Below, piece by piece: positions 37,501-49,500 of a stretch of 64,000 bases of DNA (its first letter is position 1; each line of letters begins with the position of its first letter). The stretch covers positions 620,001 through 684,000 of the forward strand of contig NW_027272118.1 in the NCBI RefSeq assembly GCF_040938485.1, read 5' to 3'. A model generated the notes under the pieces. It had not been told where the DNA came from. It ran no database searches and saw nothing but the letters and a program-made list of their open reading frames with translations. This DNA is from Diadema antillarum. Its lineage: Eukaryota. The translations under genes were made by a program, and so were the position numbers.

Positions 37501-40500
37501 ATTTATCCAAGGCCTTTCGCACCTATTCAGCAACCATGGATAGCCATAGTCAGTTGTTCAAATGTAGGCAGGTACTGTACGTGCAGTTATGGACCAGTAC
37601 ATGTTCAAGCTAAGGTGTAGTAGCCTAATTAACAAATTGCATCGAAGCTATACATGGGATTGCATAGAACACATACAATATGCATACATGTACATGATGT
37701 TGAACTGTACCTGGTAAGCAGTACCTGCTGGTAAGTGCTCTCTAAAAGTCATCCCAATCAGATATTTACACCAAGTGCATATGTAAAGAGCACATCTTCT
37801 GTTTTGATATTTATGAAAATCCTCCAAAATGTCTAGCTACATGTACGTATCCCAGAATAATGAGTGAAACTTGGTACATGTACTTACATACACCAGCTTG
37901 CCCAACAATCCAAGTCAGACGAAGGAACAGCATAACACCCCAGATGTTGAGAATACATCTTACCTGGAAATGATGAAATCATTTCTTCATTGAGATGCTT
38001 TGAATAGATACTATACAAATATGACTTTATAAATATGTATCACTCCTCTGGCAATCGAAGTACTTTATACGTAACTGTAACATTTGTGGTTGAAAATCCA
38101 CTGTTTGTCTCTACAGTTTTGGTTTACATATTTTTGCTTACAAAAATAATGCCTCCGCGACACTTTGTGGTGGAGGCATAAAAAAGACTTGAAAATAGCC
38201 AAGGCATTTAATCATACATATATACACTGGAAAACTTCCTATGACATTTGAATCAGTGATTTGTGTGATTTGAAAGTGCAATTCTACCACATGCTTATGT
38301 TGACTTTAAGAAGCAGAGTAAAATCATATAGACAGTATATCAGAGAATGGTAGAAGTTTCAGCAAATAATCAATCACTATTTTGGAAGCTTCATATTTTC
38401 ACAAAGCAATGATACTGGTTATATACCACTTTTGCCATTAATTACATGAGGGCAATGATAGTATCATCTCCTAACAATTCCTCCAATGGTGCCATATTTG
38501 GTTTTTTTTTTCCTGTTATGCCAGTGGAGGGTGAGTTAATTTTTGTATTCATTATAACAGACAATAAAATACCTTGTATCCTTGCTGACGATATATATCA
38601 AAATTCATACACTGGGTCTACATTGTATGACTATTAATAAGCAACTACACCTCCATCATAATGGTTGTGTTTCACGATCACAAATGTTTGATTCAGAGAT
38701 TTGTCAATGGGAGACTTGTACAGCATTGGCACATCAAACATAAGTCAGAAAATCAAACATAAAGTCTATGAATACTCAATTCTGATTGGCTGATAGTAAA
38801 CTCATGTTTAAATTTTCTGACTCACAGTATGCTTGATTGCATCGATTTTATACAAGAGGTCCTGGATGCGTCTGTCTCATCTTAAATATATTGTATCTAC
38901 AAGTATGGTTACAAAATTGTAATATTACAGCTCTTTTGAAGATATACAATTGTATGAGAAACTGTGAAGACACTTTAACTCTCTTATTTTATGTCCGATT
39001 TTAATCTGTCCATCAACGCAAACTTGAATGCGAAGAGGAATCATACAACAAAAATACACCGTATCAGCGTACACTGTAGATTTGCCTTGAATAACTGCTG
39101 CAGTTCCTATCAAACCAACACAACAAACAATGTGGAAAGCTAAATGAATGACTTGGCATTCCAGTGTATGTGTTCATTTTTAACAAATCATCTAAAACAC
39201 ATGATTTGATATGACAGCAATGGAGGCCGACGGTAGTGAGAAGCCAATAATGCTAGCCTGAAATAGTGAGGTTTAAACACTTGCACATTCCTGAGGGAGA
39301 TTCATGGTAACTTTAATAAATCTGAGACAAACATTTCAAAAGGTTGTTTTTTGTTGTTTTTCTACATGAAATGAGCGATTTTCCACATAATTTCAGATCA
39401 CCTTCTGTAATGGATTTTATTGTTGTTGTTGTTGCATGGGGATAAATTTCATATAGGTCTGTAAAAACTCAGCAGCTAATGGCAATCTTTTTGCATCTAT
39501 TACAACACCACAATACAAACCAGTACGCCCTTGATCCAGCCGAACTTCATTGAGTTTGCTGCCCTCTGGTGCTGGGTCTCAGTATCTTCGGGGACATTTT
39601 CCATTGGAGAAGGCATCTGATGCAAAAACATAAATTTATTAAATGCAAATATTTGAAGACATACAGATTGTACAACACACACAAGTGCGATCTCAGGGGT
39701 TACAGGAATTTCAAGGAGCACTGTACAATCTGATGAAAATTAATACAATTGCCACCATCATGGGCACAAACACACTGTACTTGATATCTGTCATTGAGAT
39801 TTTATTGAATTAAATATCAAATTTTAGAATTACTTACTCCCACAGAAATGATATTTGGCCAGCAAAGAATTTGTCAAGAAAAATAACCTTCAATTAGTTG
39901 TTTGTCTTCTCACTGAATTCCTACATACAACATGTAGCTGTGTATAATGATGGGAAAATAGCAACAAAGTTGCCAAAGTCTGTGATACAGTAATTTCAAG
40001 ATCATAGTTTTGAATAGCAAATACATGTATTCTCCCTCATGCAAACGAAAGGAAGATGCACGGTATAATTGGAATATTACATCGATAGTCCTTTTCATGT
40101 TTACTCTATCTACAGTAAATCACCCTGCTGCTTTCACAGTTCATACAAATATTGACTTTGAATAAAGACGACAAGAAGTCATACATCACACAATGTAATG
40201 TACATTGTATCTGTATGTCCTCCTGCTACAGTTTACCCAATATGTGGCAGGTAGATACATTTAGTGTATTTTACATGTTTCATCCCACAGACAAATACAT
40301 GTATGTGTACAACAGATACTGTACATGTGAATCTTCAAACGAAATTTGACACTGCCTAAAGGTGCTGCATTTCAAGTGCGCGCAAAGTACCAACACCAGA
40401 TCACCATGCCACTCACGAAAGACAAAAAAACAATGCAAGACACACTAAGCCTCAATGGGTAATCGATAGCCACCCATCTGCCTTGCTATATTTTATGCGA

Positions 40501-43500
40501 AAGTAAAGGGGCACACAGCTAATGATATGTTGAAAGCAAACAAAAGTAAAGGTAAGCGAGTAGGAATTAATAATTTTGGAAGTGACAGTAAATCTCTCTC
40601 TCTCAGGACTTGATAAAAATCTCCACCATCCATACTGAAAATTTTACATTTCATTATTGCACAGATTCTTTTTCCTATACATGCAGCAATACATTACTGT
40701 ATGCATTAAAAAAACACACACACACAGAAGGGCAAACTTCAATGCAAAACAATGCTGTGCGTACTGTGCAAGAACATGAAGCCAAATGTAAAAAAAAAAA
40801 AAAGAGTCCAAAGCTTCCACAATAGCTTGAAAACATGCCACACCATGTCAATACAATACAAATGTTCTCACATAAATGCAAATAAATTCACTGGGAACCC
40901 AGCAAGAATCAACACAAATCTTATAACCTGCATATAAAGCAAATAATATCTAAATGAATTCATTTCCACCTACAGGATCCAAACTGTGGTCCAGATCACT
41001 ACAAAAATATAATCATCCATTCCTCGCATCATTATCAACTTTTTCCTGAAAATTTCATCCAAATCCTTCTATAACTTTTGAGATACTTGGCAAACAGACA
41101 GACAGACAAACAAACAGACAAACAACAAACAAACAGACAAACAAACAAAGCAATGCCTGCAAAAACATACCACTGCTACCTATTGTAAAGCAAACCCCGC
41201 AAGTGACAAGTTTGCAGATCGCATTTATATCACGGTTTACACAATACTTTAAAATCAATGAAGTAATGCCAGTTTTGTATAAACTGTAACTGTCATTTGA
41301 GCACACCAGCCCCATTCCCTTTGCTATCAACTTGCAAGCTGTGCTACCAACCCCCCCCCCCCCCCATCACACACCCAAACTTCCAGTCAGCATTAAATTA
41401 TAAGTAAATTTGTTTGCACATGGAAGCTACGTTTGTAGCATTGATGCAATGGCAAAGGTGCCTCCGAATGACGCATGGTAGCTGCTCACACAGAATAGAA
41501 TAACAAGGATTCCTGATTTTGGAGGGACACCCCTTGCTACCCTCACTACGAACACATGGTCCTCAAGAGTCAGTCCCTAAAATAAACCTTAATCTTCCCT
41601 GTATAGTACACAGACTCTGCAACTCAAAGAGATGCAGACCTGTACAATGTCATGTATTCTCAATCAGCCTACTCAACACCGATCACAGTTGACCAAGAGA
41701 CTGCCAGTTCCTTCCATATGTTACATTCATGATTCACAACTTGGTCTGGGCATCCACAAATTTTGGTGGATAAAAATTAACGACGCTACAGCAAAACTGT
41801 TCTTGTATAATAGTGTCGTTTAACTAATTTCTTGCAATCAGTGGGATAAACATAAGGAGCACTAACTGTACACTGCTCTGGTTCTCAAAGTTTTTCACAT
41901 TGCTTGTTGTTGTTGGCAATATTCAATTTCACTCCTATAGACATAAATTTGTTTTCATGCATAATATCACAAAACGGAATTTCAAAACTACTGGCAGGCT
42001 TTTTTGTTTTACTCCCAAATTTTGCTTTTAAATCAAATCAAATTGAATTCAATTGATTTATTTCATTCTCATTTTTCTTCCAAAAATCATAACACAAAGT
42101 AACATGAACAAATGTATTGCATCATACCAACATACAATGTAAATTACATATTGTATAGGTAATATATAAAGAAATTGTTTTCCCCAGCATTAACAAAAAC
42201 AAGGAAAAATATCAATATCATCCTACCAGATGTGTGTGCACAAGTGATGTGGATTGTATGGACTGTACATGTAGCTTTAATAGATCTGTGTTGTTAGATC
42301 TGTGTTGTTCCGGTTGGAGTTTTATGCAACCGTCATCTGATGACGGTTGCATAAAACTCCAACTGGATTTTTTTCCGGTTGAAATCACAAAATTCCGGTT
42401 GGAAGCTCCCAACCAGAGTTTTCATGCAACGGATTTTACATTCTTATGTTAGCAACCTTAAAAAGTTTTACAAAACTTGTATGCAACGGGACCTGAAGTC
42501 CTACATGCATTAACTTCCCCTCTGGCATGAGTCTGTGTCTTGTATTGTATCAATATCCAACTTTATATTTCTTTAATTGCAGACATCTCTTGAAGTGATG
42601 TAATTCAAATCCTAAACTCAGGTCACCGTACAAGTGTATTGTGCAACAAGGAAGCAGTACTTGCAATGAGCGGACCATACAAAGTGTACAATCTTTGTAC
42701 AAGGAACTGTTCCAACTCCAAAGCTAAATCAGAATTACCTTTATACCTACAATGTACAATCGTCTTACAATTTACCTTTACACAGCATGCCTTGTCAAAA
42801 CACAACACTGGCACGGTGATTATACATACTGGATAATGTTTGTTCTTTTAACTACTGTAGCGGTTCAGCAGATACATGTGGCCCCCTGCAATAAAAGCAA
42901 TTTTATGTAAACTTGTTATTAAAAAAAACACCTAAACGTAAACCTGTGCACTCTGAAGTAATGCAACGTACCAGGGAATAGTCAGTTATTATATTCAGAT
43001 GGGACTGAAGGTTAATGTATTACAGATTCTTATCTGAGCAACTGTGTCATCATGCTATAAAGTAAGAAAGACAGAAAATGAGTAATTTCTGACATCCATT
43101 AGGATTACTATCTCTGCTATTCTACAGAGGTAATGGCTTTTAGAGATAACATGGGATGACGAGGAATTTAAACACTTAAACGGTCAATAGGCTTATCTGT
43201 CAAATTTATGGCAGTATCAAATTACAATGTTTGCATTCTTGTGAAGGTACAAGTACACTGTAGAATAAATGATGGCAGACTGCTATAACATGTCTTTCTT
43301 CCTCACTCTGTTTTCTTCCGGGTATTTCAGAATGTCTATTTGGCATGGACATAGGCATTTATTCAAATTAATCAATGTCTGAATGAATGTCTGAATTAAT
43401 CAATATCTGAATGTATTTACAATGTATGATTCTAAGAGGATGTGAGGCTGAATCCTGAACCTTGAGCTCAATTCCACATTATATCTACATGTAACATGTA

Positions 43501-46500
43501 GACCATGTACATGTATGTTTATACACTGTAGATGCATAGAATGATATAATTTATCAAATAGTGTGTGAGGGTTCATCAAAACCAGACTTTCAGTATTGTA
43601 TTTTCACAACATGGAGATGTGTAGCAACTGGTTCCATGATGATTGTTAATGTGACAATTGCTCCCATTACAATGTACATTGTACATATCTGCACACCAAG
43701 CCAAACATTATTTCTACCAAAAAACATAAACCCTTACCCTAATCCTAATCCTCATATATCAAACTGAACCTAAAACCCTATCACAACCCTTACCCTAACC
43801 TAATAAAAGTCCTTGGAGAAAATAAGACTGGAGCAATTGTCGCAGAGGCAAATGTTGTGTCACGGTACGTAGCAACCACATTATGCAAATCATATGAGGT
43901 GATGTCATTGCTTTACATATTTCTCAGAGGTTGTGCTAGACTCACGCAAGGCTGTTCAGCACAATCTTTACCTCAGAGCATGGACCTATAACGTTGTAGG
44001 TCCATGCTCAGAGTCACCCCAGACACTTTGTGCCATAACCTTTCAGTCCCCATTGTCTGGGATGAACAATGAACATCTCTTGGAGGTTGTGCTGTGTGTT
44101 AGGGGACTCTAAATGGTGGAATTAGATAAATCTCTCTTTTGAATTCTTAAAATTACCTGAAAGTCTGATGCCACTTGATGTATGACAACGATTTGACACA
44201 ATAATCATATTTACTGGACTGGATGTGAAAATATTGTAAATATATGCTTTTTCATAGAAAACATATCGTGTAGATTGTACAGTTAAACTATTTTGCAATG
44301 TTCAGGTCAATTGATGGATACTGCCAGCTCACTGAACAGATTTACAAACATGAGCTGTTCATTTCCATTGAATTCCAACATAATATCTACCAACACTTGT
44401 ATGTTTACCACATGTACTTGTATAAAGTAATGTTGACTATCACTCTTGATATCGAAAATCAAATCCATCAGAAGTTTCTTGAAAATGTGAAAAGTTGTTG
44501 TTAGTATTTAAAAGCAGAGATATAATATGCAAAAAAAAAAGGCAATTGATAAGCATGTTAGGACAATCACAGACATTAACAAAACATGTACTGTAACATG
44601 AGACAGGAACATACAATGTACAATGTACGGTAAGTATTTTGTACCCCACACATCTGGCTGCTTGAAACACAGACTGTACATTACAGTAGTCCATGAGGAA
44701 GGAACCATTCCATATGACATGTAATAGCAAGGTTTAGTAGGCCAGAGCAAGAAAACGTAGTAACTTTATAGTAGACCAGAGCAAGAAAAGGAGTAAAAAA
44801 GAGTAAAAACAAAAAAGAAACACATCATTGTAGTACAGATTTATATCAAAAACCCATGTACATGTAATGCCTGTTCTGCAAAGTTCCCCTGAAATTAACA
44901 CTCTCTGCTCCAGTGTGTGTACAGCGCTATGGCGTTTTCTCTGCGAATCAACACTCACAGCACACAAAGGGTTAAAATGATGCATACTCTACACTATCTG
45001 GAAGTTATCAACACCACAAGCAGAGGACACTGCTCTGTGTTGAGGGATCTGTCACAATGCGGTGAGGCCAAGCCGGTCCAGATGCGTCATTTTGCCATAC
45101 ACTTGTACATCTAAAAAGAAAAAAACCTTATAACTAAAACATCTCCTTTCTGACATGGTGTGTTACCATGACTCATGATCGACCAGCTTAAAAGGAAACA
45201 TTCATTAAAACTGAGACTCTTTATCTAACATCAAATCTCATACCATTACATAGCTACCTCCAATGTGTATGATGGCATCATGCTCTTACAATCCGAGGGA
45301 ATGTATTAAAAGTGGACAGACACGCAACAACAAAGAAGCCCTGAATTTTACAGAGACTCCAACTCTCCCGTTTTCAACGGGAGATCTCCCGCCGAAAACC
45401 CATTTTTGCAAAATCTCCCGTTCTTCTGCTTGAGATTTCATTTCTCCCGCCCTGGCTCTTTGACTCCCATTGGACAGGATTTCTTACTTACTGAGTATTT
45501 CTATCATATGTTGAAGAAAATAAGCCTTAAATAGCACCAGAGAACATCTGGAACCCTAGGAACTTTGCGCTTCGCACCCATCAACTTGGAGTCTCCCGTT
45601 TGCTGGGGGTTTCAGGCGGGAGAATCTCCAGATCAGAAGGTGCTTTGGGTTGGAGTCTCTGAATTTACCTCATCAAGCCCACTACAATGTCACACTGAAT
45701 CTCATGGAAGGGTCTGAATCCAATTCCAGCAATACTGAATTTACATAATTGTACAATATACTGTACTTTTGGCTGTATGAATTCTGAATACCTGTAAACA
45801 GTGCAGGGCCCCATTTCATAAAAAGATGTTAGGATGGCAACTCTTGGTGGAATGACAACTTCCAATAGCAACAGCCAATCAGGAAGATGGATTCTTGTCG
45901 TTACTATGACAATTGTCATCCCAGCAAGAGTTGCTATCATATCAACTTTTTATGAAATGGGGCCCAGGACGCTTTTATATTTCATCCTTTTCCACTGATT
46001 TGTCTAAACAGCTTTTACTACCTGGTAAGCTGCATTTGTGAGCCTGACAGCTGCATGAAACTACAAAGTATACTTTAATATTCGGTAAAAGTACTTCTCA
46101 ATACTGAAAGCGTACAATCAGTATTTCGGCGCAAGTTTGTGATTTTTGTTCCCCCCTGGTCATCTATGTGTGTCTCTTATATCCATCAAAACCCAGAATT
46201 ACTATATAAAGTGAATTATACATTTTTTTTTTCAAACATAAAGTCAAAATGTAATCTATGAATCTTCCTTTTATGACATAATCTGCATGTAAATTGAACA
46301 TTAACCATGTGCACTCACATTTTGTAGAGTACACACAAATTCAATAAACAATTGTGGACAAGGTGACTCATGCTCAGAAGCACAACAATTAAAAGTCAAA
46401 CAATATGGATTGGTTTCCACTTTGAAATATCAAACAGTATAATTCACAGGTGTTGAACACCCAATGAGGTACGCACCATATTTTTTGAACCACAATGCTA

Positions 46501-49500
46501 GATTCATATCATTTGACTAGTATGATACCAGACTTCCCAACCTTTCTGACTGAAGATTTCACTCAGAAGTGGGAAAGAAAGAGCAGTTCCCATTATAGTA
46601 AAATTGTCAAGAAAAAAGAGGAAACTCATATTGAAACATGAGCTGGGAATAGTTGAAAATTCAGATTCTTTTCTCCAAATTCAGAATGGTTGGGAGGTCT
46701 GTGATACAGTACCAGTTGAATTGCTTCTTATGCATGCAGCTATGGGCCAGCAGTGAATACCAGAGACTCCAACTCTCCCGTTTTCGACGGGAGATCTCCC
46801 GCCGAAAACCCATTTTTGCAGAATCTCCCGTTCTCCCGCTTGAGATTTAATTTCTCCCACCCTGGCTCTGTGTCTCCCGTTGGAAATGATTTCTTACTTT
46901 TATATCGCTATCGTATGTCAGGCCTTGAATTAACCGACGGCCACCGACGGCCATGGCCGTCGGTGCCCCTCTCGTTGGCCGCAATGCCTTTCTTTCCTTG
47001 ATCAAAGTTACGGCCAAAAAAAAATGTGCCCTTTTTCTTGAGGCAGTGGTGCCCCTTTTAGAATGAAAGTTATTATTTATGACGTATAATATGCCCTTTC
47101 TCAAATGCTACTCAAATATCATACCTTCAGTTCACTCTGATTCAATATATCTGATTCAAACTCAAAGTATCTTTCCGAGATACAAGACAACGTGTACACG
47201 TGTACATGTGTCTGCACCCGACCGGCTTTTACCGTCCCGACTGCCTCCGCAGCAGCGCAGCGGCCATAGAGTTACTAGTACTAGCTAGGCAGCGGCGAAC
47301 CGGGGCAAGTGGTCGCAAACTATGCTAAAAAATGCCAGGCCTGTCGGACGGCTGCGAGCATTGCCATCTCTCTCGCTCTGCATTCATGCCCGCCCGACCC
47401 GCGCCGCATGCTCAAAGCAAAATGGCGCCTGAAGTGCTCCAAGGCGAGCGCGGTGTGTGCGTTGAGAACGTACTGTATTACAGAACCTACATCGTATTGC
47501 GTATGGCCTACTGCCTAACGTCGTCTGCTGCGGAGAGATCTTATGCGTGCGTGCGCTGCTGGAGTGTAGCAGCACGGTCGATAGCGTACAGCTCTATGGG
47601 GCATTCACATCACGTATAAACACCCAACATGCCCTTTCGAATGTGGCCTTGGTGCCCCTCTGACTGACCCAAGTGCCCTGGCCTCTTGGAAAAAGTGCCC
47701 TTTTCTAAATGGCCGTGCCCCTCCAAAATCCTATTTCGAGGCCTGGTATGTTGAAAAAATAAGCCTTAGATAGCACAGTGAGCATCTAGAACCCTAGGAA
47801 CTTCGCGCTTTGCACACATGAACTTGGAGTCTCCCGTTTGCTAGGGGTTTCGGGCGGGAGAATCTCCAGATCAGAAGGTGCTTGGGGTTGGAGTCTCTGG
47901 AATACAGTGTTTCCAGTACCATTTGTACTAGTTCCAAGCGCGATGAACTGAATTACTGGATCCTTTTAGCTCAGCATTGGGGTAGTAGGAGTGAAGACTA
48001 CTCGTGAGGAGAGCAGTTGGTGGGGCGAGGGCAAGATGTATTGGTCCCTGTCACAAACCAATTATGAATGCACCTGACACCATTTTGAGTATTAACAAGT
48101 CCACTGGACAGCATTATTTCCCAACCATCAAAGGAGCATATGGATGGATTAAAATGCATGAAATAAACAATTTACTATTAAAATTCATAGCTAATTCCAC
48201 CTAAAATGTAACACTCTCATCAATAGGAAGTTTTAGATTTGCGATGTTGATACAGACATTTAGACAATGATTGCATCCAGATTGGCCGTTTTCCTCTCTT
48301 GCTGCATCACATTGCAAAATAGTTTTAGATTATACTCTCGAGGACGCAGCGTACACAAAATAAAATGGGGCCCCAATATTGGTCTCTACTCTAGTGTTCA
48401 CGTAATTGCTCTCAGCCAATCATTTGATACTTCATACTTGGATCCATATTAACCATCTTAATATAAAACTTCATAGATTTCAGTCAGAACCCGTAACATG
48501 AGTTCCTGAACCCTAATAATACCATACATTTATGTAAAATTTGAAGGTTTAAAGCCCTTGTGATACAAAACTGTACCATATACAGCATAGTTTCATGTAC
48601 AACATATCATACAGTAAGGTATAAAAATACACTTTCTACTGATATGCAGTAGTTATGTGACACAAATGTTAAAGGTCAAAGAGGCACAAACTCCCCTAAG
48701 AGAAGAGTGCACACTATAATCTGGACCTGTGCATCATATCCCTGACATTATAATCAGACACCCAAAGAAACTTTCGCATGCAGCATAGTTACAATTGTAC
48801 ACGTGTATGTGAATGGAATGCACACTGCAGTGATTGATTTTGATAGCATACTACATGTGTACATGTGCCTCCAGCTAAACAAGCACCGTTAGCAACAGGC
48901 CGGCAATGTGAATTACTGCAGAGACAGATGACAATTTCAATTCATTCAATCATACTGTCACATGCACTGGTCCCCTTGACAACCTTATTGAGAAAAACAA
49001 AATAGATCGGAAAAAAAAAGTAACTAGAGAAGCACTCAGAGAGCGCAGACCTCCGCCAAGCATGCAGCTCATTTCCACCACTGATCTTGTTCTTCCATAG
49101 AGGTATCAGCATTTTGATTTCCACCCACGTATTTATAACATTGTGTGCTGAAGTTGCCTGATTTCCCAATATAGAAGTCTTTGTTACGTCATAAACCCTC
49201 AGCTGCACGGCGCGTCTCACCCCAGCGGAAACTAGAGCACGCACTTCAGTGCGCGCAGGCAAACCTCAAATACGCGCAGCCTGAACTCCAAAGTTCATTG
49301 ACCCTACCTGCCAAAATATCAAAAATCCTTCATAAATTCTTCAAAAATTCTCGGATCTCTACCAAAAGTTAATCGTTTGTTACTTGTGTCATTCTCAACC
49401 TTTCCTGCAAGTTTCATCCCAATCCGTTAACTACTTTTTGAGTTATTTTGCACATGGACAAACTAACTAACGAACTAACTAACAAACAAAGCAACGCCCA

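Noticed and set aside
28034-37887. Mutually exclusive duplicates of the 96-nt TM2 exon, as in vertebrate NKCC2 (A/B/F)
   Set aside because: Only one copy (35651-35746) was found on reading introns 3 and 4; a tblastn with the exon peptide would be needed to exclude a diverged copy.
46753-47619. GC-rich ORF cluster suggesting a transposase or captured gene
   Set aside because: Short, no DDE/zinc-finger motifs; lies within non-autonomous elements.
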